From contig JAHLWR010000028.1 of the NCBI GenBank assembly GCA_019057815.1, positions 1-45,655 on the forward strand: 45,655 nt of DNA, given 5' to 3'. This DNA is from Candidatus Heimdallarchaeota archaeon. GTDB lineage: Archaea > Asgardarchaeota > Heimdallarchaeia > Heimdallarchaeales > Heimdallarchaeaceae. Positions 10,701 through 20,356 of the stretch are shown here, in pieces. The position numbers and the translations under genes are program-made. Every line of letters starts with the position of its first letter. Position 1 is the stretch's first letter. Under the pieces are notes generated by a model. The model was not told the DNA's origin and did no database searches. It saw only the letters and a list, made by a program, of their open reading frames with translations.

Positions 10701-13700
10701 CTCACCCCTCTGTTAAATTGAAGAAAATGGGATTTAGGAAAAAGGATATTAATAATATTAAAAAGCGATTGGGCACTCAGATTCCTTCTTGGCTCAAAAA
10801 TAAGGATATTTTCAATAAACAAGGCATCACAACTTTAGAAGAATTGTTCTATAATACTGCTTCAGAGTTTGTTCTATCTAAAGATGAAAAGAAGCAATAT
10901 GAAGAATCTACAGTAATTCTTAGAAAACCTTTAATCTTTGGATTACCTGAACTTAGGAATTATTCTAATCTTCTTAACAAAATTGGTATTAATTGTGTTG
11001 GTAGATTCCTCTTATGGCCTGTATCGGAACTGATGGAGATCCTTAATCTGAATAAAGAAGAGATACAAGTATTAAAAGATAAGTTATCTCCTAAGACAAT
11101 TAAACAAAACGCTGATAAATATGGGAAAAGTTTGAGCTCTTTAGTAAGATTTTTCCCAAGACTTTTGAAATACTTTGAAACACACAATCTAACAATACAA
11201 GACTTGTTTTATATTTATATATCAGAAAAAGCAGTATCAAATTCTGGTTATTGGAAGAAAATTAATCAGTTAAATGAATTCTCTCAATCAGATATAACTG
11301 AACTAACAAACTTGATTGTATTAAAATCGAAGAAGAAGACAGATTTTCAAGAAGCACTACTCAAATTAAAAATTAGGAATATCAAGACTATAAAACAATT
11401 TCTTGATTCTCATTCTAATGTTATAGAAACAGAATTAACTGTTGCTTCTGAAAGAAAAATAGCTTTAGAAATTTTATATAAAATGCAAAAAGGTGAAATA
11501 GAAGGATCTAATGCTTTTCAAAAACAAATGATTCTAATATGTGAGTTTGATAATTTTCAACATTGTCTTAACTTACCAGTTTCTAGAATCTCTAATTTTA
11601 CACTTAACGATTATGAGATATTGAGAAACAATGGTATTATGGGCATTCATCAGTTGTTTGAATATACAGAGAAAGAATTATCAATAATATTAGGAAAATC
11701 AGCAAATCAAATGGAAGCACTTTTAGGAAGTTTTAGTTTCGAAAAAGAAAGACTTCCATTTTATGAAAAAGCTGAAAGCGGTCAATACAAATCCCTCATA
11801 TCCTTTGATTACGAGGATTCAGAAAGGTTTTCATCACAAGAGATTGATTCATTGATTCATTCAGGGTATGATTCTATTGATCAATTGTTCTATTTAACGC
11901 ATCACTCTACTTTTTCATCCCCTATTGTAAATTGGAAAGTAATGGATAGGTTCAAAAAATTATTACGGTCACCATTAACTTTAGTTAGTTGGGAGAAAAA
12001 AATTCAGAAAACAATTATTGACGAAGAGACGCAAGAGGAAAAGCAAATAATAGAAGTTCAGTACTCAAGTTTAACAACTCAACAGCTGAATACTCTCAGG
12101 AGTAATAATCTCACTCGAATTATAGATTTACTTCTCTGTAAAACAGAAAAACTACAAGAAATATTGAAGATTGAGGAAGAAGAAGCTAAAAAGCTTCAAA
12201 AGAATATTCGAATAATTGACAGTGGATTAGATCTTTCAGAACTAGGTATTTTCAAACCTCAAATAGAAAGAATGTTAGAAGAAAAAGACATTGTTACTAT
12301 AGAAGATCTTTATTTCTCAACCTCAAAAGCTAATTGGAATATTCCAAAGGTACCTTGGAATTTGATAGATTCAATAAAGAAAGTCCTGAATCTCCAATTA
12401 TCACATCTTTCTGATATGCTTGATTCTGAGTTAATTAAGCAATTGGGTGAAGCTAATGTCAAATCACTTCTTGGTTTTATGTTAAGTACTCCTGAAGAAA
12501 TCATGGAGAAAACTGGAATAGCTGATGAAAGATTTGAAAATATCAAAAGTGGGTTAGATCTAGGTTACATTATACAATATTTCTCACTTCCTGTTTACTT
12601 TGTTCCTAAATTGTCATTCTATCAAACAGAACTGCTTAGGCAAAACGATATCAAGACTGTCATAGATTTTGTGATTACTCGTCCAGGAAAAATAAGTAAA
12701 TTACTTAACATGACCGAGAAAAAGGTGAGAGTTTTAGCTTCTTCGCTTTCAGTTCAAATACTAGAAGAGGAATATGAAGAAAAAGGTGTTTTTGCATCTG
12801 AAACAAAATTATTTGATCGAAGTGAACAACGTCTGTTATCAAAAGATTCAATTCTTCAATTTGAAGGTTTACAGACAATTCAGGAGTTGTATTATTTAGT
12901 TTCAAGCGAATATTATCAGCTTAATCAAGAACTGTGGTCAAAAATATCAGCTCTGAAGAAAGTATTATCACTTCCATTGAGGATATTTACTGATATTTCA
13001 GACTATTCGCTATCACTATTAGAAAAAGTGAATATAAAAGATATTTTCCAAATCTTGTTTATTCCAGATTCTGACCTAGAAGATCCTGTGCTATACAGAA
13101 CAGTTTCAATATACTCATCATCGATTATAGATTTGAGAGCATTCCATTATTTCGCTATGTTGCCTGCTACAGTCTATAATTCGTCCTTTTTCAGTAAAAT
13201 AGTGAAAAACATCCAAGATATGACTCTTGTAGATATTATCACTAACGAAAAAGTTATCGAACACTTGGTTACAAAAAATAGACAATATATTAAAGAACAT
13301 TACAATATAACTTTCATAAGATCTCTTCTAGAACTGCCTCTTCGAATTAGTCCGCTGTACATTAAAATACCAGCTAATAGAAGAGAATATTACAAAGATA
13401 TGAAAGTAGGACAACTATTGGAACTTTCTTTAACAGAAAATCCTGCAATAGCTCCCGTTTTAACCTCCATCAAAGAAATAGATTCATTTAATGAAGTGAT
13501 ACAAAAACTCTCTTTACCTATAGCTACAATGGGATTACCAAGATCATTAGCTATCAAATTAAGCAAATCTTCTGTTTTTACACTTATTGATTTCTATTCT
13601 TCCCCAACAAAGCAGTTATCAGAGATGTCTGGTCACTCTCAAAAATTAATAAGAGAAATCAAAGAAAACTTAGCTTATTCTGATATTATTAAGTACCATT

Positions 13701-16700
13701 CTTCACACGCTCATCCTATAATCGCTTCTTCATTTATTTCAGAGGAGCAAATTGAAAAACTTAAGAAGCACGGAATTAGCGATTTAGAAACATTATATTA
13801 TTCAGCTGATGTGTTGGGGATTTCTAGCTTACTACCAGTAGAATATTATAGAAAATCTAAAGAGATATTATCTGGTTCAATAAGATTCTTAGGCTTTCTA
13901 GCTTTCGATGAAATTAAAAAGCTAGAATCCATGAATATTCATTCTATTATTGATTTAGCCCTTTTAAGTAAAAAAGAATTAAAAGAAATAACAGGAAATG
14001 AGATATACACTGAATTCCATATATTAGATCTAATAGCGTTTGATGAAATAGCTGAAAAGCGATTACAAACCGCTATTCCATTAATAAGTTGTTCTTCAAT
14101 AAAAGAAGATTATCTTGATAAACTAAATGAGATTGGAATACATTCCGTACAAGATTTTATATCTAGAATAGCTGAAATAATAGAAAGTCATCCATATCTT
14201 GTAGTTTCAGATGTTTTTAGAGAAATACAACTATATTTATCATCTGTCTCTTTTGTTGGATTACCAATTGAACAAACTAATATGTTGATTTATTTAGGCA
14301 TTGAAGATATTCTAACATATATCACAGAAGACCCATCAACAATTGCAATAATTCTGCATACTAATACGAGCAAAATAATTTCTTCTATTAAAAAGCTATC
14401 TCCACAGAAAATTGCCTCAAAAGTTAAACTAAATGGGGTTAAATTAATTGACTTCTTACCTTTGTCTAAAGGAAGGGTTGCAAATCTAGTAAAATCAGGG
14501 AAAGAACTAGTTCAAGATCTTTACAGCTTGTATTATCAAACATCTTCTATTCCTTCAGTTTCAGAAGGAAATATAGAGCATTTTATAGAACTCTGCAATG
14601 CTTCTGTATACAGAATTAAAGATTTGTCTTTAAATGAAAAAATAGAACTGAGAAAACATAGAATATATCGTGTAATTGACTTATTAAGCAGCCATGGTAA
14701 TGTTTTGAGAAAAATATTTGGGAAGATTCCAGAGTCAATTAAGAAGATTAAAACAGGGGAGTTTTCCTTATCAAACGGAATACCCCTCAACTTGAATGAA
14801 CCTATGTTAGAAATCTTAGCTGAAGTAGGTTTTGATTCTCCTAAAAAGACTGTAGAAGACTTATTCAGTTATGTGCCAGAATTACTCTATCAATACTCTG
14901 ATGCTGAACGAATCGAGAAAACTAAGAATGTTTCATTTCTAGAGCAGTTAGTTAGCTTCCTATGCCTGAATGTATTAACTATTCCTAATTTCGATCCGGA
15001 AGCAAAAATGGCTTTATGGCGCAATGGAATTAGACACATAATTGATGTGTTAGTAGTGAATGTAAACTCACTTACAAATATGCCAAAAAATATACAACAA
15101 CAGATTCGTCTTTATCAACGAGAATTCGATTTAAGTAGAAATATGTCAGCAACATTTTCTCCATTTATCAACCAAACAATTAATCTTCCAGATAATGTAA
15201 AAGAGAAATTCGTAGGCTATGGGATTAACAATATTCTCTTTCTAATGGATTTCATACCTCATCCAGTATTTAATTTCTCAAATGAAGAATTAGCTATACT
15301 CAGTAAAGTATCAGAGAACATTGTAAAACCGATTACATGGTTGTATGGGCAATTAAAGCTTAATATTAATAGTTTAATGGCATTCCTTTCACAGAAAGGA
15401 ACAGATATTCTTTCAGCTTTTCTCCTTCTATCACAACAAGATATACAAACAATTGATAATGCTTTTTCAGAGGATCTTCAAAATAAGCTCTATCATGCCA
15501 TCAATAAAGAAATATTAGATCTTAAGGTTCCAAATTGGGTAATAAGAATAGATCAAACTAATTTGTTTGCAAAACCCGAAATGGTAAAGAAACTTAAGAA
15601 AAAAGGTATAGAATTTCTGGATGAATTTCTTGCACTTGATAGCATTGCAGAAACTAGTAAAACTATAGATTTAGACAATATAAATTTGTTGAATTTATTA
15701 CATCAGATCCCAATATCTGTAATTAAGGAAATATCAACAGAGAATGTTGCAGTATTAACTAGTACGGGTATAGATACAACATATGATTTCCTTTATGTTC
15801 CTACACCTATTTTGTCAAAATTACTTAAAAAGAGTATTGAAAAAATTAATGAAATAAAATCCTCGTTCAAGCCTTCAGCTCTTATAAATAAAATGAAATT
15901 ACTTGGTCTAGATATAAATACGATACATACACTCCAAGAATCCACAAAGAAAATATTAGTTAACTATGGCTTTGCAACAATACTCCAGCTCAAAAATATA
16001 CAATTAGATAAGCTAAAAATTCCAAAAGAAGAAGTGAGGCAATTAACAGGTGCAATAACAGAATTGTATACTCCAATTACACTTCTTGGAAAGGTATTGA
16101 ATATTGAAAAAGAAATTATTACCAATCTTGTTTCTAGAGCAGTTTGTACATATGATGATTTGACTAAACTACCACTGCATAAATGGCCGAAAGAGTTTAA
16201 AGTGATACATACTAAACAGAAAGCTGATAGTTCCTATCTAAACAAACTACTGAAATCATCAAAGAAGAAAGGTATGTTAATCTCAGAATTGAATCTATCA
16301 AAACGACTATCTTTAGCGTTGAATGAAATTGGTATAATCACAATAGATCAATTATTGTTTGTTCCTAGCAAATGTATCGTTTCCAATACAAAAATTAACA
16401 AAGAAGAAATAGAGACTATAAGAGAAAAACTGGATTGCTACCTTAGTTATATACCAAATATATCGAGAGAAACAATTGAATTCTGTTTTCAAAAGGGGTA
16501 TACAAAGGTATCAGATGTTTTAATTTACTTTGATAAACTACCTAAAGATGTCAAAGAAGATATTCTAAAATCTGTATCACATATCAAAAACATTGAAGAA
16601 TTACAATTTATGGAACCATTATCTCCCACAGAACTCTACTTACAGAGGAAAGGTTTCAAATCATATAAATCGGTACTTTCTTCCCTTGAATTGAAGAAAA

Positions 16701-19700
16701 ACTATGAATTATCAAAGAGAATTGTTCCTATATTAACGGCGAATATAAGATTCCTGAATATCGATAAAAGTATCGAAGATAAAATAAAAAGAGCTCGAAT
16801 AACAACAATCTCGGATCTATTGATTCTCTCTCCAAAAACACTTTCTTCTAGAAGCAAAATTAAACAAGCTTTATTGAATAATATTATAGAATCCATAAAT
16901 ATAGACAAGGTGGAGTCTGAAATTGCTCATCAGAGTGGAAGGCATCTTGTAAAAGCTTTTTCCTTAACAAATAAAGATAAGAATACTTTAAAATCCTATG
17001 GAATTTATAATTTGTCAGATTTTAAAAATAATACTTCGTTCTCTTGGTTAATCCCAGAAAAACAAATTAAAGCAATAAGAGTAACAATTGCATCAAGTTT
17101 AGATACTCTATTACTGTTTTATACGAATATTGCAAAAATGTCACTTCTAGATATTGAAGATACATACTTTTCAAAAGGAATTTTCAACATTCAGGATTTA
17201 CTATCAATTAGTCAAGATAAAGAAGTTAAAGAAATTGAATCTTTCCTTACTAAGTTTGCAACAAACAGGAAGCAATTGATACAACAGTATTTGCCTGTTA
17301 ATGAGTTCCTTGCACCCCTTTCTATAAGAAACCTTTTCACTAAAGATACTCAAAAAATGAATATTAAAAACATCATAGACCTTAGTACATTCCTTTACTA
17401 TAATAAAGAACAATTAACTGATGAAGGAAAAGAAATTATAGCTGTTTTAAAATGCCCTATTTCGATTTTTGATGTTTTTAGCACTTCTGATATAGAAAAA
17501 TTAGCTGAAAAAGGCGTGAAAACTCTAGCTGATTTTCTACTGAAACCAAAGAATCTATTGATGACAATCATTCCACAAAAACTTGCTAAGCATGTTAGTA
17601 AGATTACAGAAATGATGAATTATGAAAATCTAAAGAAACAAAGAGATAAAGCTACACAAATTGCATCAATGAAACTTTTCGATCCTGAGATTAAGAAAAC
17701 TATTACCCAATTCTATACAACAATCAATGAGCTGGTATTTGCTGTTAAGAACAAAGTTTCTTTTGCTCCAAGACCAGTTGTAAGGAAAATAGAAAATTTG
17801 CTCAATACACCTATTCAGCAAGTTAAAATTCCTGGAATATCATTAAATTCCTGGTTAAAACTTATTGGAACCATAGATAACCTGGCTGAACTTTATGTCT
17901 TGTCAAATAAAGAACTTACGTCCTTACTTTCCATAACAAAGACCAAAGCAGCGAAAATTATAGTTGATATTGATGTAAATAGTATTGTCAAAGTGCCAAT
18001 AATACGTGAAAATCTCCTATTCGGTGCTTCTGATATTGCTATTTTAAAAGAAAAGCAAGTAACCAACTATTCACATCTTTACAAAAAAGACTTTTCAAAC
18101 TTTGCAATTTCCAGTATGCTACAAAGTAAAATTGAGATATTATTGAATTTAAAATTATCTGCAATTAATTCAAATATTAAGGAATCCTTTACACTTATTA
18201 CTCTTAATTTCCTTGGGCCTATAGTAGATACTTTAGATATTGAGAAAGAAAAGCAAACAACTTTTTCATCATACCATAAAATGCTTTTCAGTAAGGGTCA
18301 TTATTTGATCAACCTTATTCAAACCAAAATAAGCGAAGATGAAGAACTATTATCCAATTTTACGCTTGAATTTTTACTTCTAGCAGGAATCTACAAAAAG
18401 AAGATTTTCAATGATGCTCTTAATTCTCTTCAACCGCCTTCCAAGAGTAACTTGAATCGTTTCCTAAAATTGATTGAAAGATCTCCTATAATGCTTATCG
18501 GTGCAGGTTTAGATGCAATAGGAGCTGTTGCTGATATTCCCGTAACAACAATTAACGAACTATTATTAATGTCAGAAGTAGAGCTTAAGGCACTACCAAA
18601 TTATCGACTCTTCAATCAAAACTTGAAAAACTTGTCGTTATCCTTGCTGGAAGAGCAAAATAAGAGATTGATTAAGTTTCCAAAAGGAGTTTTACAGAAA
18701 GATGATAAAGCTGTTTTGGACAAAAACTTCATTTTCACAGTGGAAGATTCTTTGGTTTACAACAAGAAGTTTAAATCTAAGAAAACAGATTTGTGGAACA
18801 TTACAGAACGAATCAAAAACATAATGATGGTAAGCTTATATTCGTTAACGCCTATTGTTCAATCCAGAAATCTTCTTGATTTATTAACTTCTTATAAGAT
18901 TGATTCTCTTTACGAATCACTTGTTGCGAGTCAACAAGAGCCTCTTGACGAAAAACAAGGTATCATTGAAATGCTTAATCAATTAGAATTCAGCAAAATT
19001 ACCAAATATATGAAAGAAGAAAAACAAAGATTTAGTAATTTCATTGCTGATGATGAGCTAATGAACGCTTTATTAGAACAAGGAATTTCCTCTCTTGGTT
19101 CATTAATATCTATGACACAGTGTGTTTTAACTGATGAACACCCATTAGAATTAGAGCATGTTCTCCCGGCTTTACGAGCTCCTTTGTCATTAATTGTTGG
19201 AAATAAAATTATTTTAAATAAATTGCAAAAAATAGGTTTGGTGCAAGTTGCTGATTTAGTATTACCTCCAAATATTAAGCTGAATCTTGAAGGAACACTG
19301 AGTGAAAAAGAGATTGATATAATTCAAGAAATACGTAATAAAATGAATTTGCAGACTATTAACAGCTGTCTCAAAACTATCTATCCTTTATTAAATACAA
19401 ATTTCATTGATAGTGATATAAAGCACGCATTAATGAAAGCAGGATACAGTTCTATCAAACACCTTGAAGTTTCTGAAATTACTATCATCAACCAAACAAA
19501 ATTAAGAGAAAGTCATATCATCAAAATTAAGAAATTACTAAACACACCTATATATATTCTGTCAGAGTTATTGAGAGAAGATGTTCAGAGCGTTCGTAAA
19601 TTGCATAAGAAGGATAAATTCAACCTGTTTCAAGTGATGGAAACCGACATTAAAGAGCTTTCTACTCTGACCAAACTTCCTTCCAGACAGATAAAGGTGT

Positions 19701-20356
19701 ATCTTTCTTCGCTTTCAGCTGAATCAATACGACAGTCTCAAAAGGATCAAGTTTCTGTTAGTTCTATTAATCCACATTTAACTAAAGAAGATGTTAAAAC
19801 GCTAATAAAAGCAAATATTACCTCTTTACAACAATTGATTTTGCCTACAGCGTCAATTAAGAGGAAATCTGCTTTTAAACGACAGAATGTCGAAAAATTG
19901 AGACACCATCTAGAAAAACCAATTGAAGAAATTGAGTTACATAGTGATGATGTTAGTCAATTAAAACAACTCGGTGTGTTATCATTTGGTGATTTTGTTC
20001 TTTATCCTACTTCACTTCTCGAAGGAAAAATAAATCAGAACTATTTAGCAATAAAGCGACTTAAAGCAAGAATGCCACTAAAAGGAAAAAAACCTACACC
20101 TAAGAAGAAGACTACACCTAAGAAGAAGACTACACCCAAGAAGAAGACTACACCCAAGAAGACCACATCTACTACTAAAAAAGTGTTAAAACCTCAAAAA
20201 AGTTCTCTGAGTAAATCAATAAAACCTAAGAGAACCCGTCAAGTAACATTACTCGAAATGGAACCTGTCATTAAAAGTGGAACACAAAAAAATCAATCAA
20301 TAACGAGTTCACCGAAAACTAAAACTTCATCATCAAAGAAAGGAGGATCACAATAA
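7793..20356 (+). CDS. top6B: DNA topoisomerase VI subunit B with giant C-terminal HhH-like repeat array (4187 aa)
   Basis: GHKL motifs ELVENGLDA, DNGIG and TRGRFGLG; transducer motifs YANRIPL and STKIPFPETSKE in the first ~530 aa. The frame continues open for ~3,650 aa of repeats. TTG start. Confidence 0.93.
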   Translation: MSEIVTKKMSAAAFFNDNRAIAGFGNSMRAVFTSIRELVENGLDAAERRGINPVIGIDLRRLSQKEIQELLDVKQYRSLEKHLDFLQLTCIDNGIGVPGHLIAELFGRVLTGTKYGVIQTRGRFGLGAKMCLLYSMSSVDLPARIRSRHFLDNMTHELHLMINLEKNEPIIMEEHEYLPGDPNYLEEPGTEISITFTGAWNLAKNSVKEYFKQLAIITPYASFNINLPGDKDGEIESFELASVVDDMPPQPEIVKIHPWGCDITQFKSELSVTQSKTLREFLANHFMGVTEDISKDFFQLLGIDPSKKPKEITSSEIRRIVHEGFVKAYQEAKEIKRKRDRKFQFEPPRGSALSPLGSGRLRKGLEKELQPKFVEAITRPPKAYSGHPFIIEAAIGYGGGVKGFTHSRASSTDNKFIYRYANRIPLIFGAGNDVITKVVSSIKWSDYGLTKQSDPLAIAVSLVSTKIPFPETSKEYISNVPEIEEDIRLALMQLGRRLKTFLSRAKRRRREHARLSRFVKSAPVVVENLTQILQSKKSIFANFLQGNDRIASALAHGAPKKAKLFMPIGKNLFSVNVWCPSSIRRILNSNNVVTLADFFNTPTDQLATILELTENQVNEIKEKTIDEFDRENISPLLDNTLLISRNVEKRFSKKADKSFVSLKDALYRRWIQNSYHFLATEIDKLRFVSNLLEKLFEYKKELLITHFKSNKRKQRAIGTPTPTIKVESLTSYSKLKVEHLFPSFKQLKAMLGESCDPDLLYEEFIFQIIEPTGINYQAAITKVLVENMQQTFKKLIDKFPNFSKIKITKMKPDWTDGYTKNAFHRRKISTISDFVKKDSEDLILIKELERVLFSRFSDVLTKNTDSIKLSKLPISGLKELQGDVKATLNELSNNKINTLAELVKLQSHEIEEDSYYLFASLLLKEAKTIILNHLNETQQSHDISHLKIIPHRIEVELKKNQIFSTSSFLAHPSVKLKKMGFRKKDINNIKKRLGTQIPSWLKNKDIFNKQGITTLEELFYNTASEFVLSKDEKKQYEESTVILRKPLIFGLPELRNYSNLLNKIGINCVGRFLLWPVSELMEILNLNKEEIQVLKDKLSPKTIKQNADKYGKSLSSLVRFFPRLLKYFETHNLTIQDLFYIYISEKAVSNSGYWKKINQLNEFSQSDITELTNLIVLKSKKKTDFQEALLKLKIRNIKTIKQFLDSHSNVIETELTVASERKIALEILYKMQKGEIEGSNAFQKQMILICEFDNFQHCLNLPVSRISNFTLNDYEILRNNGIMGIHQLFEYTEKELSIILGKSANQMEALLGSFSFEKERLPFYEKAESGQYKSLISFDYEDSERFSSQEIDSLIHSGYDSIDQLFYLTHHSTFSSPIVNWKVMDRFKKLLRSPLTLVSWEKKIQKTIIDEETQEEKQIIEVQYSSLTTQQLNTLRSNNLTRIIDLLLCKTEKLQEILKIEEEEAKKLQKNIRIIDSGLDLSELGIFKPQIERMLEEKDIVTIEDLYFSTSKANWNIPKVPWNLIDSIKKVLNLQLSHLSDMLDSELIKQLGEANVKSLLGFMLSTPEEIMEKTGIADERFENIKSGLDLGYIIQYFSLPVYFVPKLSFYQTELLRQNDIKTVIDFVITRPGKISKLLNMTEKKVRVLASSLSVQILEEEYEEKGVFASETKLFDRSEQRLLSKDSILQFEGLQTIQELYYLVSSEYYQLNQELWSKISALKKVLSLPLRIFTDISDYSLSLLEKVNIKDIFQILFIPDSDLEDPVLYRTVSIYSSSIIDLRAFHYFAMLPATVYNSSFFSKIVKNIQDMTLVDIITNEKVIEHLVTKNRQYIKEHYNITFIRSLLELPLRISPLYIKIPANRREYYKDMKVGQLLELSLTENPAIAPVLTSIKEIDSFNEVIQKLSLPIATMGLPRSLAIKLSKSSVFTLIDFYSSPTKQLSEMSGHSQKLIREIKENLAYSDIIKYHSSHAHPIIASSFISEEQIEKLKKHGISDLETLYYSADVLGISSLLPVEYYRKSKEILSGSIRFLGFLAFDEIKKLESMNIHSIIDLALLSKKELKEITGNEIYTEFHILDLIAFDEIAEKRLQTAIPLISCSSIKEDYLDKLNEIGIHSVQDFISRIAEIIESHPYLVVSDVFREIQLYLSSVSFVGLPIEQTNMLIYLGIEDILTYITEDPSTIAIILHTNTSKIISSIKKLSPQKIASKVKLNGVKLIDFLPLSKGRVANLVKSGKELVQDLYSLYYQTSSIPSVSEGNIEHFIELCNASVYRIKDLSLNEKIELRKHRIYRVIDLLSSHGNVLRKIFGKIPESIKKIKTGEFSLSNGIPLNLNEPMLEILAEVGFDSPKKTVEDLFSYVPELLYQYSDAERIEKTKNVSFLEQLVSFLCLNVLTIPNFDPEAKMALWRNGIRHIIDVLVVNVNSLTNMPKNIQQQIRLYQREFDLSRNMSATFSPFINQTINLPDNVKEKFVGYGINNILFLMDFIPHPVFNFSNEELAILSKVSENIVKPITWLYGQLKLNINSLMAFLSQKGTDILSAFLLLSQQDIQTIDNAFSEDLQNKLYHAINKEILDLKVPNWVIRIDQTNLFAKPEMVKKLKKKGIEFLDEFLALDSIAETSKTIDLDNINLLNLLHQIPISVIKEISTENVAVLTSTGIDTTYDFLYVPTPILSKLLKKSIEKINEIKSSFKPSALINKMKLLGLDINTIHTLQESTKKILVNYGFATILQLKNIQLDKLKIPKEEVRQLTGAITELYTPITLLGKVLNIEKEIITNLVSRAVCTYDDLTKLPLHKWPKEFKVIHTKQKADSSYLNKLLKSSKKKGMLISELNLSKRLSLALNEIGIITIDQLLFVPSKCIVSNTKINKEEIETIREKLDCYLSYIPNISRETIEFCFQKGYTKVSDVLIYFDKLPKDVKEDILKSVSHIKNIEELQFMEPLSPTELYLQRKGFKSYKSVLSSLELKKNYELSKRIVPILTANIRFLNIDKSIEDKIKRARITTISDLLILSPKTLSSRSKIKQALLNNIIESINIDKVESEIAHQSGRHLVKAFSLTNKDKNTLKSYGIYNLSDFKNNTSFSWLIPEKQIKAIRVTIASSLDTLLLFYTNIAKMSLLDIEDTYFSKGIFNIQDLLSISQDKEVKEIESFLTKFATNRKQLIQQYLPVNEFLAPLSIRNLFTKDTQKMNIKNIIDLSTFLYYNKEQLTDEGKEIIAVLKCPISIFDVFSTSDIEKLAEKGVKTLADFLLKPKNLLMTIIPQKLAKHVSKITEMMNYENLKKQRDKATQIASMKLFDPEIKKTITQFYTTINELVFAVKNKVSFAPRPVVRKIENLLNTPIQQVKIPGISLNSWLKLIGTIDNLAELYVLSNKELTSLLSITKTKAAKIIVDIDVNSIVKVPIIRENLLFGASDIAILKEKQVTNYSHLYKKDFSNFAISSMLQSKIEILLNLKLSAINSNIKESFTLITLNFLGPIVDTLDIEKEKQTTFSSYHKMLFSKGHYLINLIQTKISEDEELLSNFTLEFLLLAGIYKKKIFNDALNSLQPPSKSNLNRFLKLIERSPIMLIGAGLDAIGAVADIPVTTINELLLMSEVELKALPNYRLFNQNLKNLSLSLLEEQNKRLIKFPKGVLQKDDKAVLDKNFIFTVEDSLVYNKKFKSKKTDLWNITERIKNIMMVSLYSLTPIVQSRNLLDLLTSYKIDSLYESLVASQQEPLDEKQGIIEMLNQLEFSKITKYMKEEKQRFSNFIADDELMNALLEQGISSLGSLISMTQCVLTDEHPLELEHVLPALRAPLSLIVGNKIILNKLQKIGLVQVADLVLPPNIKLNLEGTLSEKEIDIIQEIRNKMNLQTINSCLKTIYPLLNTNFIDSDIKHALMKAGYSSIKHLEVSEITIINQTKLRESHIIKIKKLLNTPIYILSELLREDVQSVRKLHKKDKFNLFQVMETDIKELSTLTKLPSRQIKVYLSSLSAESIRQSQKDQVSVSSINPHLTKEDVKTLIKANITSLQQLILPTASIKRKSAFKRQNVEKLRHHLEKPIEEIELHSDDVSQLKQLGVLSFGDFVLYPTSLLEGKINQNYLAIKRLKARMPLKGKKPTPKKKTTPKKKTTPKKKTTPKKTTSTTKKVLKPQKSSLSKSIKPKRTRQVTLLEMEPVIKSGTQKNQSITSSPKTKTSSSKKGGSQ
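20094..20163 (+). repeat. 18-bp coding tandem repeat (~4 copies) encoding TPKKKT
   Basis: Unit CTACACC(T/C)AAGAAGAAGA repeated in tandem. Confidence 0.9.

Noticed and set aside
20094-20163. Tandem repeat as a CRISPR array
   Set aside because: No spacers; it is an in-frame 18-bp coding repeat.
9390-20356. Intein or assembly-collapse explanation for the long Top6B
   Set aside because: No intein splice or LAGLIDADG motifs were seen, the extension is C-terminal, and the repeats are highly diverged rather than identical DNA copies.
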